IMG/VR virus record: IMGVR_UViG_3300046694_000619
Direction: 5' to 3' (one strand)
Source: a virus
Lineage: Duplodnaviria; Caudoviricetes
DNA length: 64,000 nucleotides
In this document: piece after piece, positions 8,900-18,049 of the stretch
Numbering within the stretch: the first letter of the stretch is position 1
Layout of the letters: the number at the start of each line of letters is the position of its first letter
Position numbers and translations under genes: made by a program
Notes under the pieces: model-generated
What the model saw: only the letters and a program-made list of their open reading frames with translations
The model's database searches: none
Told to the model about the DNA's origin: nothing

Positions 8900-10150
8900 T
8901 CAGGCCGCGACGGCAACAGGCCTCACCGACGATTTGCGACAAGGCACAATCGTGTCGCGTGTTGGTCCCCACGAGCAAAACGCAACGGGCAACACCCGGT
9001 GGCTGGCCATGAAGACCAGTTCGTCCGGCGAGACTACGTGCGTTTCGGCATCCAGTCGCACGCGCGCCGCCGCGCCAACCTGGTCCAGACATGTCACAGC
9101 CGTCTGTGCGGTGATGTCGATGCGCGCGCCGAACGCTTCGGCTAGGTCAGACCCGATGGCAACTGCAAGCTGGTCCAGGTCCAGGTCGGCGAAGCGCAGG
9201 GACCCTTGGTACTCGTTCGGTTGATTCGTGAGGTCGACAACGCCTTCATAGGGCCGACCAGGCAACTCGTTTGCCAGCGGCCCGGCACCATGCCGCGTTA
9301 GGTACGCGCGGGTCACGTAGGTGACATCCAAGGCCTCGATGCCGGCTTCGCTTGCTACGTCGAGAACGTTGCGAAGCCCCGTGTTCGACCGGGTCACATA
9401 GGGGAATGCACCCTGATGCTGGTCGAGCAGCAGCCCCTGCGCGCCTTCGAACACGACATTGTCCGAGAGCAGGATAGGCGCCGCGGCACCCGACAACAAC
9501 GTGACATCACCCAGGAATTCCTGCGCGGCCTCGATAAAGGCGTCCACCAGCACGTCCGTTGTGCACAGCTTATGATGCTTGCCAAAATCCGGCAGCCCCA
9601 GTTCCTTGATGCGGACGGGCAGGTGGAAATCGCGAATCTCGATGAGTTTTGCGCGCAACGCGTCAACGTCTTGCAGGTCACCAGCCGTCAGCGCAAACGT
9701 GCCGGCTTCCATGCGCCCGATGGTCTCGCCAAAACCCATGCCGCAGCTGCCGTGTCGCTTCGCACCGCGAAAATCCTCGACGAGCTGGTTCACCAGCATG
9801 TCGAAGAAGGTGGTCACTGGCGCGCGCTCGTCCACGTAGAGCGTCGTAAGCTTGCCGAGGAGAGGCAGGAGTTTCGCGCGCTCCTTGAGATAAAGCATGG
9901 GATTGACCGCAAAGTGCCGCGACAGGTACGTCTTCGCGCCCGCGAACGTGCCGGCGCCGAAATGGCTGAAAGCATGTCGCGTGCCGTCCGGCGTGGTGAC
10001 GGTGTGACTCGCCTGGCAGCCACCGTTGAAACGCACGACGAGGCTGTTATCGCTCTGTGACGCGAAGTAATCGGTCATGAGACCCTTTCCTTCATCCCCG
10101 TAGTTCGCGCCGATGACCACTTTTGCCGAGCGCTTGCGAAGCTGTGTCAT
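8900..10150 (-). CDS. Divergent adenylosuccinate synthetase (PurA)-like protein
   Basis: GANYGDEGKG P-loop, RFNGGCQASHT, FEGAQGLLLD, PYVTRSNTG, YLTRHGAGP; the aspartate loop GATTGR is absent. Confidence 0.9.
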   Translation of the reverse strand: MTQLRKRSAKVVIGANYGDEGKGLMTDYFASQSDNSLVVRFNGGCQASHTVTTPDGTRHAFSHFGAGTFAGAKTYLSRHFAVNPMLYLKERAKLLPLLGKLTTLYVDERAPVTTFFDMLVNQLVEDFRGAKRHGSCGMGFGETIGRMEAGTFALTAGDLQDVDALRAKLIEIRDFHLPVRIKELGLPDFGKHHKLCTTDVLVDAFIEAAQEFLGDVTLLSGAAAPILLSDNVVFEGAQGLLLDQHQGAFPYVTRSNTGLRNVLDVASEAGIEALDVTYVTRAYLTRHGAGPLANELPGRPYEGVVDLTNQPNEYQGSLRFADLDLDQLAVAIGSDLAEAFGARIDITAQTAVTCLDQVGAAARVRLDAETHVVSPDELVFMASHRVLPVAFCSWGPTRDTIVPCRKSSVRPVAVAA

Positions 10151-10163
10151 GCTGGGTCTCCAG

Positions 10164-10454
10164 TTACAGAATTTCGCAGCCGTATTTCTGGCGGAACTGG
10201 ATAGCCAGCTCCTGAAATTCGGGCATATTGCCCATATTGGTTTTCACTTCAGCGAGTAACCCGGGCCGACCGTACGGAAGGTCGGCGTGCAACTCGAAGC
10301 AGAATCCTTCTGCCGGTGTTGGGTATTCGCTGTAAAGCTCGGCTGAAATGCCCTTGTCCAGCGCACCTCGCACCTGGCGAATTATGTTGGCCGCCCACGG
10401 CTTCCACTCTTCGGCGTCGCGTGGCCCAGCTCCCACCTTGTCATTCGTGTCCAT
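10164..10454 (-). CDS. Hypothetical protein
   Basis: GGAG RBS before ATG 10454 (MDTNDK); lies within the operon. Confidence 0.55.
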   Translation of the reverse strand: MDTNDKVGAGPRDAEEWKPWAANIIRQVRGALDKGISAELYSEYPTPAEGFCFELHADLPYGRPGLLAEVKTNMGNMPEFQELAIQFRQKYGCEIL

Positions 10455-10483
10455 CACTCGCTCCACTTCGAATTTTGGTGCGC

Positions 10484-10954
10484 TTAATCTGCGTAAGCGA
10501 TGATTCCGACTTCCCAAAATGCCTCGACGCCGAAATCCTTCTTCAACATGTCGACGAATTCACCGTATTCGCGCTGGGCCTTTTCGAGCATCGCCGTGCC
10601 GTCAAGGGAAGAAAAGAGCACCGGCTTGAACCCGTCTTCCGTGTCCTGCTCGAGCGTGAGGCCGTGCTCGTTGTGGTTCGGCAGCCAGATGTCGCCCTTC
10701 GGATGATTCTTTCCATATTCCGGGCAGTGCATGAAGTCCTCCCACGGGCCGGTGAGCTTGTGGATGGGAAACGGCTTCACCACTTCCGTGGGCACGTCCC
10801 GCTCAAGCACGGTACCGCCGCAGTTTCCGCAAAACTTCGCGGGCTTGCTGACCGCCGGCGCGTTGCAGTTGTTCGAGCAGCTGCGCTCAGACTTGGTCCC
10901 CTTCACGGGTGAAGGGGGAATGACCAGGTATGGGCCGATGAAAAACGACGTCAT
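10484..10954 (-). CDS. Zinc-ribbon protein
   Basis: CSNNC...KFCGNCG; AGGA RBS. Confidence 0.7.
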   Translation of the reverse strand: MTSFFIGPYLVIPPSPVKGTKSERSCSNNCNAPAVSKPAKFCGNCGGTVLERDVPTEVVKPFPIHKLTGPWEDFMHCPEYGKNHPKGDIWLPNHNEHGLTLEQDTEDGFKPVLFSSLDGTAMLEKAQREYGEFVDMLKKDFGVEAFWEVGIIAYAD

Positions 10955-10968
10955 AAAAATCCTGTTGA

Positions 10969-13242
10969 TTAAGCGAGGTAGTCAGCGATGAGCACTTCTG
11001 CGTCGTAGGCCGTGACCACTTTCTGGTCAGCCTTCACCGGCACGATGGCGGTCGGCAGCTTGCTTGTGAAAACGATGTCCGCTTCCAGCGCGGTGGCCAC
11101 CCGCTCGCCACGCGCGTTGACGTGGTCAGCGAGCAGGGCGCCTAGCGTCGGTCGAACCGGATTGACGATGCCGCGCGCCATCTGCGTCGTCAGGATGGTC
11201 GCCGTCTCCACAGCATTGAAGCCGCTGCAGCGTGCCGGCAGCACCAGGTCCGCCCATACGAACTGACGTCGCGCGATGTCCACATAGCCAACCAGGATGC
11301 GCTCGCCTGCCGCCGTCAGGTCGACCTTCTGGCGCACGGTGCGTGCGTCATAGATGGCGCCGCTCTGTTCGTCGACGCGCGACATCCAGCCCAGATACGC
11401 TTCGGGCATATCGCCGAAGTTCTGCTTGGTGTACGAAAATGCGACCAGCGCGATGTACGCGGCGTCAACAGGGAGTTTGCGGAAGTCGATGTCGATGAAC
11501 TCGCACGCGCCCTCCGGCGCCGACGTAATGTCGCCGCTGTGCGTCATGCCTTCCGCGCGCAACTGCGTGAAGCTGCAGTGCGTCACATAGTTGAAGCTTT
11601 CGTCGAGCACCGAGCAGGACAGGTCCAGGTCGGTACGGCCGATGGAGTAGGGCTCGCCACTCTTATCGAGGCCTTGCTCATTCCACCACAGGAACGCGCG
11701 CATGATGGAATCGGGGCCCAGGTCGATACGCGAGCCGCGACCTACCGTCAGCAGCGACTTCTGCGCGGTACGCTGCGCAAACGGAACGCTGATGCCGTCC
11801 AGTGCAGGGTCGATATACACCTTGCCCATCGCCGGCAGCTTGGCGAAGCGCGCCGCCAGCACGTCGGACACCGTTTTGACGACGAATTCGTTGGCGCTCT
11901 CGGTCAGCCGCGGCGAACCGTTCTGCGGCACCCACATGCGGGCAGCGCCGCCCTTCGGCGAGAACGCGCGCACACCATCCTGGTCCACCGCCATGCGGTG
12001 ACGCAGTTGCACGAGGACCGGCGTCGAGACCTTGTCGGCCACAGTTGCGAAGGCCTTGAGCACCGCTTCCTTGTTCGCGCCCGTCGCCTTGCGTACGGTT
12101 TCATGCAGCTTGCGAGCGAACACACCCGGACGCTGCACGAGAAGGTCGATGGCAGCCAGGGTGTTGCGCGATGCAAGGCGCGATTCCACCGTACCGGCCC
12201 AGCTCACGGGCATGTCGTTCTTGCGCAGCGCCGTGAAGTGCTCGTAGGCACGCTTGAAGCGGGCTTGATACTCGCCCGGATGCAGCGCTTCCCCCAGGCG
12301 TACCCATTGCTCGCGTCGCTGGAACATCTCCGAGCGCACCGACTCAGCGCTGAGGCTGTCGAGGAGGCCCAGCAACAGGCGGCGCAGGCCACGAGAGACC
12401 TTGCCAAAGCGCGGCGGCTTGGACAGCGTCAGGTCTGCATCCTTGAGGTTGGCCGCGCCGACAGCGGCGGCCAGGCGCAGCACGTCGGTTGGTGTCTGGA
12501 AGAAGCGCGCGAACTCAGCGGCTTCGAACGTCGCCGGCGTGTGCGTCAGCAGCCAGCCGCCGACCAGCGCGCGGTGTTCTTTTTGCGGGATGGTTGCCTG
12601 TTCCTTGAGCATTTCGAGCAGGCGGCCAGGATAGACTTCGCTGAAATACGAGAGCAGCTCGAGCGTCACTTCCTTGTTGGCCACCGACATCGAGGCATTG
12701 CCGTTGATAAGGCGCAGCAACTGGTCATAGACGGCCGTGCGCGGTGCAAGCGCCAGGGTGGTCGGCTTCATGTGCTCGAGCATCTTGAGCGCCGGTCGCT
12801 TTGACGCCGTGTACCGAGGCAGCACACGCACCCCCATCCAGTCGCCACGATAGTGCGCCCAGGCGTTAGAGAGCAATTCCGCGTCGGAAGCTTCGAGCAC
12901 CTGTTCCGGAAAATCCGGGTACATCGGGGAATACACGCGATGCGCGCCCAGAGCGTGGCTCAGGATGTGTACGAGGTTGGTGTGGACGTGAACGAGGTCG
13001 ACTTCGGGCATCCACGACAGCGTCAGGATAGCGTCCTGGCCGTAGACGAAGCCGAGATACTCGAGAGTCAGCTCGCTGTGAAGAGCGCGGTCCATGCTGG
13101 GACCGGGATTGCCGAGTGCGCTTTCGCGCTGCGAAGCAGCGTCAACGGCGGGCAGTGCCAGCTTGCCGTTGCGAACGAGAGCCGCGAGAATGTTGAATTC
13201 ACGGGTGTTAACTCGAAATCCTGCGTCAGCGAGCGTGAGCAT
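10969..13242 (-). CDS. Large helical-domain protein with C-terminal TerD-like domain (757 aa)
   Basis: YSPMYPDFPEQV, RREQWVRLGEALHPGEY, RPGVFARKL; TerD motifs DLDLS, HSGDITSAPEGACEFIDID, FVWAD. Start set at ATG 13242 after GAGGA. Confidence 0.85.
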   Translation of the reverse strand: MLTLADAGFRVNTREFNILAALVRNGKLALPAVDAASQRESALGNPGPSMDRALHSELTLEYLGFVYGQDAILTLSWMPEVDLVHVHTNLVHILSHALGAHRVYSPMYPDFPEQVLEASDAELLSNAWAHYRGDWMGVRVLPRYTASKRPALKMLEHMKPTTLALAPRTAVYDQLLRLINGNASMSVANKEVTLELLSYFSEVYPGRLLEMLKEQATIPQKEHRALVGGWLLTHTPATFEAAEFARFFQTPTDVLRLAAAVGAANLKDADLTLSKPPRFGKVSRGLRRLLLGLLDSLSAESVRSEMFQRREQWVRLGEALHPGEYQARFKRAYEHFTALRKNDMPVSWAGTVESRLASRNTLAAIDLLVQRPGVFARKLHETVRKATGANKEAVLKAFATVADKVSTPVLVQLRHRMAVDQDGVRAFSPKGGAARMWVPQNGSPRLTESANEFVVKTVSDVLAARFAKLPAMGKVYIDPALDGISVPFAQRTAQKSLLTVGRGSRIDLGPDSIMRAFLWWNEQGLDKSGEPYSIGRTDLDLSCSVLDESFNYVTHCSFTQLRAEGMTHSGDITSAPEGACEFIDIDFRKLPVDAAYIALVAFSYTKQNFGDMPEAYLGWMSRVDEQSGAIYDARTVRQKVDLTAAGERILVGYVDIARRQFVWADLVLPARCSGFNAVETATILTTQMARGIVNPVRPTLGALLADHVNARGERVATALEADIVFTSKLPTAIVPVKADQKVVTAYDAEVLIADYLA

Positions 13243-13271
13243 GTATGTCCTCGGATAGCGTATAAATAACG

Positions 13272-13445
13272 AACAGGCTACCCGCAGGAAAGCAATACGG
13301 GATGCCGTCTGGCATCCCGTATCACCACTTCTGGAGCAGGAGAGCAGCGCCGCTAGTTTCCAATGTGAGTTGAGTAGAAGGAAGCCGCGCAATAGCCTGC
13401 AAAACCTGTCAGCTGCCGAATACTTTCGTTCAACAACCGACTTGA
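13272..13445 (-). ncRNA. Candidate structured RNA or leader upstream of the TerD-domain gene
   Basis: Own sigma70 promoter; 5' hairpin; CAGGCTA/TAGCCTG closing stem; perfect 12-bp internal hairpin at 13295-13322. Confidence 0.6.
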
Positions 13446-13451
13446 GAGCAC

Positions 13452-13480
13452 AGTATATACCGATAACGCGCTCGCGTCAA
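13452..13480 (-). promoter_or_regulatory. Sigma70 promoter
   Basis: TTGACG-N17-TATACT on the minus strand. Confidence 0.75.
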
Positions 13481-13498
13481 CCGCGATTTTAGTATATC

Positions 13499-14404
13499 TC
13501 AGAATCGCGTCAATGCCGTTCCTGCGGCGCGTCCCGGCTGCAGCGCATTCAGTCCGCGTGCGACGACCATCGACGTGCTGCCCGACCACGACTTCACCGT
13601 GGCGTCGACACTGGTGCCTTCGATAACCTGAATGGTCGACACGATGAGCTCAGCCATCTTCGTGTGGTCCGACAGCGGCAGTGCGCGCTCGCCGAGCAGT
13701 GCCTTCCAGTTCGCCTTGACTGACGAATCGCACGAGTTGCTTTCTTCGACGAGCAGATGGAAGACGTGATAGCTGCGGCTGGCCATGGTCAGCAGCTCTT
13801 CCGAAGTCAGGTCGCGCTCGATGTCGTCACCAAACACACGCTGGACCTGCGCGCGAGTGAGCACGTTGTGCGGATTCTCGTCGCCGACCGTGAAAAGATA
13901 GCCCTTCTTCTTGCGCTTTTCGAAACAGTCGATGGACGTATGACGCGCGGCGAAGTACCACGGCAGGTGGTAGCTCTCGCCGCCGTTGCCCCCGCCATGG
14001 CCTTCCAGCCAGATTTGCGACAGCTGCGTAGCGATGCGGATGTCGGCCTCGAACTGCGTCACCTGCAGCGGCGCCTTGTCCGAGTACGCGTCACCTACAC
14101 CCATGCACGCGATATGCGGGTCGGCGACCGGCTTGCGCGCAATCAGTTCTTCGACGAGGACGCCCATACCCGTTCTCACCAGGACGTCCGCGAGTTTGCC
14201 CATTGAACCCGTTACGTCGCCAGCGACGATGATGGCAGTCGAATTCGGATTGGCCGCTGAGTCGCGCGATTCACGCATCGCGACACCGTGCGGATTGAGG
14301 TCCGGGTGCATGTGGTTTTGGCTGAACACCTGTGCGGTCGACTTCGTGCTTGTGCTCGACGAGAACGAATCCCAGTCGGTGGAACTCCAGTTGCTTGAAC
14401 CCAT
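13499..14404 (-). CDS. vWA-domain protein
   Basis: MIDAS DVTGSM, MGVGDA..D.APLQV.QFE, EGHGGGNGGESY, FTVGDE; AGGAG RBS. Confidence 0.85.
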   Translation of the reverse strand: MGSSNWSSTDWDSFSSSTSTKSTAQVFSQNHMHPDLNPHGVAMRESRDSAANPNSTAIIVAGDVTGSMGKLADVLVRTGMGVLVEELIARKPVADPHIACMGVGDAYSDKAPLQVTQFEADIRIATQLSQIWLEGHGGGNGGESYHLPWYFAARHTSIDCFEKRKKKGYLFTVGDENPHNVLTRAQVQRVFGDDIERDLTSEELLTMASRSYHVFHLLVEESNSCDSSVKANWKALLGERALPLSDHTKMAELIVSTIQVIEGTSVDATVKSWSGSTSMVVARGLNALQPGRAAGTALTRF

Positions 14405-14452
14405 GATTTACTCCTGTGCGTTGTGCGGTTAGTGCGTTGTTTTGCTGTTTGT

Positions 14453-14878
14453 TTAAGCTTCCGTCTTCCGGGATGTATCGCCAGCGAGCCGGCGCAGCGA
14501 CTGCTCGAAGTGACAGAGCCACTTGAATTTGTCGGACACCCACGAAAAGCTTTGGTTGGCGTCGCTCTGCGCCCGGTTAATCCATGACCCGTACTCAGTC
14601 GTGCCGGGTTGCGGCAACTGCAGCGGGATGTGCTGTGCGGCGCTCCAGCACCCGCGCATTGAATACGCAGAGAACGAGGCGCGCTCGTATCGCTTGCCGT
14701 ATTCGCCCGTCATGTAGGCGTCGAAGTCGGCGGCGGCCGGTTCATCCTTCGGCGCCAACGCCGTGTTCACGATGCGCGAGATGCGGTCACGCAGCTGCTG
14801 TGTGTCGCGGTACTGAACCGCCGTGTCGCGCAACTCGTTCACGAGCGCGGTGATTTCGTGGTCTTTGAGGTCTTTCAC
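14453..14878 (-). CDS. Hypothetical protein
   Basis: GTG start overlapping the upstream stop (GTGA); AAGGA RBS. Confidence 0.6.
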   Translation of the reverse strand: MKDLKDHEITALVNELRDTAVQYRDTQQLRDRISRIVNTALAPKDEPAAADFDAYMTGEYGKRYERASFSAYSMRGCWSAAQHIPLQLPQPGTTEYGSWINRAQSDANQSFSWVSDKFKWLCHFEQSLRRLAGDTSRKTEA

Positions 14879-15945
14879 AGCGCAATTCCTTGTCGCGGGT
14901 CGTACAGCCTGTCATGGGACAGGTCCATCGGGACGAACTTGCGCGGGCCGAACGCCTCGATGAGAACGCGCGACTGCCAGTCCTTGTAAGTGGCCACCGC
15001 GCTCTGATGCGTGCTCAGCTGAAGCCAGTCGACCAGGGCGGCCGGAACAGACGCGTCCTTGGCCAGCCGAACACCGGTTGAGTCGCCGAGCAGCTCACGC
15101 CCGAGCGCCTGAATCATTTCCATGTCCGTGCGGGTGTCGCCGACCTTCTTCTGGAGCACGGCTGGCGGCGCGCACAGCATCATTCGTTGCGAGGCCGCCT
15201 TCATCGGAGCGCCCAGCGGCGTGGCAAACCACCAGCCACCAAAGAGGTGAGCGGTGTGCTCCTCCGGCGAAATGAAGACCGTGTCCGGGCCGATAGCGTT
15301 GTGCGAGACCTTGCCTTGAATCTCGAGGTAGCAGGCGATGTTCAGCAAGCGGCTGAGGACCCACGCGACATGCGCGGCAGGCATCTTTCCCTTGTAGAAC
15401 TCGAGCACGTCCTGAAGGAGCATCTCCTTGGCCGTTTTCTTGAGGACCAGCATGGCGCCGGTCGCCGTTTCGACCTTCTTCACCACTTCCGGGAAGTAGC
15501 GCGAGAACTCCTTGCGCATCGGGTCGTTGGCGTAGGACAGGCGCGCGATGCTGCGTTGCGCGTCGTCGAGCAGGTCCAGGTTGTCGGTGGAGATGTCGAA
15601 CGCCACTACGGTGCGGCCGACGTACATCGTTCCAACCTCGAGCGCCACCTTGCGTGAGAAGCGCAGCTCAAACTGCGTTCCGTCCGTGCCGCGGATGGCG
15701 AGCAGTCCCGGTGTCTCCCACGTGCCTTCGGCGGCCTTGCGCTTGGCCGCTTTGTTCAGCTTCTTGAGCCGGTCGAACACGTCCCATCCGCGTGGACCGG
15801 AGCCGTGGTCAGGATGCCACCTCATGAAAAGCTTGCGAGCTTCCTTCTCCGCCGCCGCCGCGCTCGAAAACAGACGCTCGGGCGCATCTTCAGGGATGGC
15901 CAGGATTTCGTCAGCAGTGAGGGCGGTTTGGTCGGCTTCGGTCAT
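14875..15945 (-). CDS. J-domain-like + kinase-fold (pseudokinase) protein
   Basis: N-terminal RWHPDH (HPD); HVAWVLSRLLNIACYL...SHNAIGPDTVFI...LFGGWWF aligns with the kinase catalytic and DFG regions but lacks the Asp residues. Confidence 0.7.
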   Translation of the reverse strand: MTEADQTALTADEILAIPEDAPERLFSSAAAAEKEARKLFMRWHPDHGSGPRGWDVFDRLKKLNKAAKRKAAEGTWETPGLLAIRGTDGTQFELRFSRKVALEVGTMYVGRTVVAFDISTDNLDLLDDAQRSIARLSYANDPMRKEFSRYFPEVVKKVETATGAMLVLKKTAKEMLLQDVLEFYKGKMPAAHVAWVLSRLLNIACYLEIQGKVSHNAIGPDTVFISPEEHTAHLFGGWWFATPLGAPMKAASQRMMLCAPPAVLQKKVGDTRTDMEMIQALGRELLGDSTGVRLAKDASVPAALVDWLQLSTHQSAVATYKDWQSRVLIEAFGPRKFVPMDLSHDRLYDPRQGIAL

Positions 15946-16105
15946 GTCCAGTTAGTTCTTAGTTGCGATTTACGAATAAGTATAGGTGAGCCATTGGGTG
16001 GAATGCAAGACCTTTCGTTCCTCCGGAATACCGGATGTCAAATCGAGCGCATGGTTGGCCAAATACGTAAATAACAGTATACTATATAACGATGGAGAGA
16101 AGCGA

Positions 16106-16606
16106 ATGTTTGAACCAATGGCGGCCGCGACTCGCGCGATTCAGTTGGCGCGCGCCGGCACACCCCTATATTTCGAAGATGGACCAGTCGGAGACATCGA
16201 ACGCGATGCGCTCGCCGAAGGTCTGCCGCTTTGGCTCGAGGCCAAGGCAGGGCATCTGTATCTCGCTGCAAATGCTTCGTGGCCCGGCCTGTTCAAACTC
16301 GGATGCACCCGTCGGAGCATTGCGTCACGCATGCGTAGCTTGAGCGGCGCCGGAGTTCCGACACCATGGGTGGCGGCACATACCTGGACTGTGCACGACG
16401 CCCATGGGCTGGAAGCGCTGGTGCATCGGGAGTGCGAGCAGTGGCGCGTCGAAAAGGAACTGTTTCATGCGCCGGTGACAACTCTAATTGCGACTGTTGA
16501 TTCAGTTGTCGCTCGAGAACGCGAAGCCCTCACAAAAGAGCTGTCGTTATACCTTCCTCAGAAATTCATGGGGAGCCTGCAGCCGCTTACGGATGAGCAA
16601 ATATAG
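16106..16606 (+). CDS. GIY-YIG / T5orf172-type nuclease-domain protein
   Basis: LYLAAN..PGLFKLGCT...R.R.L...GVPTP...LEALVH......RV.KELF. Confidence 0.75.
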   Translation: MFEPMAAATRAIQLARAGTPLYFEDGPVGDIERDALAEGLPLWLEAKAGHLYLAANASWPGLFKLGCTRRSIASRMRSLSGAGVPTPWVAAHTWTVHDAHGLEALVHRECEQWRVEKELFHAPVTTLIATVDSVVAREREALTKELSLYLPQKFMGSLQPLTDEQI

Positions 16607-16611
16607 CCGAT

Positions 16612-17100
16612 ATGAACAAGTCGATGTTTTGGCCGCCCCTGGTGATGTTGGCCATTATGGCCGCGATTTTTGCCTTTGCTGAATGGCATCCGACATATCG
16701 GGTGCCACCTGCGGAAAACTTAAAAACAGTGCAGGGTGTGCTGTCGCAGAAGTTGGGAAACTGTGGCCGCGGCGGGGGCTGTATGCAATATTTTGTGGTG
16801 GAGCCTGACGGAGGTCAGCTCACGTTTCGATGCAATTTCCGCTTGTGCGTCAGCTCAGATATAGACGCCTATTTCGGAAAGAATGTTCGTGCCACCGTGG
16901 ATGTGAAACATCCGGACCGTCTTGTTAAGCTATCCGGCGCTACTGACAACCGTGATATTTTCTCGTACGCCGACGCGGAGAAAGTGTATTCCGACAACAA
17001 GGTCGGGACTCGGTGGTTAAACATCAGCCTTATCTCGCTGTTGCTTTTGCTCTTGACTCTGCCGCCGAAGCGGCTGCCCAGAAGAGTTAGCCGACGGTGA
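16612..17100 (+). CDS. Membrane protein (2 TM)
   Basis: N- and C-terminal hydrophobic helices flanking a Cys-containing loop; lower GC. Confidence 0.55.
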   Translation: MNKSMFWPPLVMLAIMAAIFAFAEWHPTYRVPPAENLKTVQGVLSQKLGNCGRGGGCMQYFVVEPDGGQLTFRCNFRLCVSSDIDAYFGKNVRATVDVKHPDRLVKLSGATDNRDIFSYADAEKVYSDNKVGTRWLNISLISLLLLLLTLPPKRLPRRVSRR

Positions 17101-17158
17101 TTAGCCATTGAAAAAGCCCAGCAAACTGCCGGGCTTTTGAGGGTACTGATAGGCTAAA

Positions 17159-17809
17159 TCAGTTGAGTACTGTATGCGCCAGAACCATTGCAGCGGGGGC
17201 CGCAAGCTTCACACCGAAAATCCCGAGCATGCCACCAGAAACGGTCTCCATCTTTCTACGCTGGGTTGCATAGAACTGCATCACGAGCTTGGTCGTGAAT
17301 ACTGCCACGATACCGCTACGCATACCGGCGCTTACGATTGCGACGCCGACAACGCGGCAGATAGCTTCACGAAGGTCGGGCGAAGAGGACGCGGAACCGA
17401 TGAATAAAGTTGAAAAAAATAGTATCGCTTGGGCATTGAAAGCACCCGCAGTGAAGCCCAGCCGGTAGGCTAGGCTCAACGAGAGGTTGCCGGACGTTTT
17501 CTTGGCTTCCTGCGGCAGTTGAACCGCTTTCTGCTTAAGAACGAGACGCAGACCGCTATAGATGAACCACATCCCACCGAAGAGCGAAATCGCTTTTACG
17601 AGCAGAACGTTTTGCGATACCAGGGCAGCGAGCCCAGCGGTTGCCATCGCGGCGAACATGGTGTCGGCACTGGCCAGTCCGAGTGCGATGAAGAGGCCAG
17701 AACGGCGGCCGTGGGACATCGCGTTCGAGACGGTGAGCACAAAAGATGCGCCCGGCGTCATCACGTTTACTGCGAACAAACCAAGCATCACAAAAAATGC
17801 AAACGACAT
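17159..17809 (-). CDS. LysE/RhtB-family exporter
   Basis: MTPGASFVLTVSNAMSHGRRSG...ALG; FNAQAILFF; multiple TM segments. Confidence 0.85.
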   Translation of the reverse strand: MSFAFFVMLGLFAVNVMTPGASFVLTVSNAMSHGRRSGLFIALGLASADTMFAAMATAGLAALVSQNVLLVKAISLFGGMWFIYSGLRLVLKQKAVQLPQEAKKTSGNLSLSLAYRLGFTAGAFNAQAILFFSTLFIGSASSSPDLREAICRVVGVAIVSAGMRSGIVAVFTTKLVMQFYATQRRKMETVSGGMLGIFGVKLAAPAAMVLAHTVLN

Positions 17810-18049
17810 TGCTGTATTTCCTTATCCAGATATTTGGCCACATAGCCGAGTTGTGTCAAATCGACATATCGGTATAGGCCGAGACCCGCGCCCAGATTGG
17901 GTCTCCAGGCAATACGCGCGGAAAAGTCGGAAAGTCAGGAGTGGGCGGCCGCGGTCACTCGCACGGCCCCACCGGTTCGGACAGGTTTCCGGGTATGCGC
18001 CGACGGATTGCTCCTATACGACTACAGGAAATAACAACAGGAGCATTCC

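Noticed and set aside
8900-10150. PurZ / 2-aminoadenine (Z-genome) pathway
   Set aside because: The P-loop retains Asp (GDEGKG) rather than Ser; no DatZ-like HD hydrolase or DpoZ is seen; the MazG-like gene is 10 kb away.
13243-13392. 50-aa N-terminal extension of the TerD-domain ORF
   Set aside because: TTG start without an RBS, inside a structured segment; a good RBS precedes ATG 13242.
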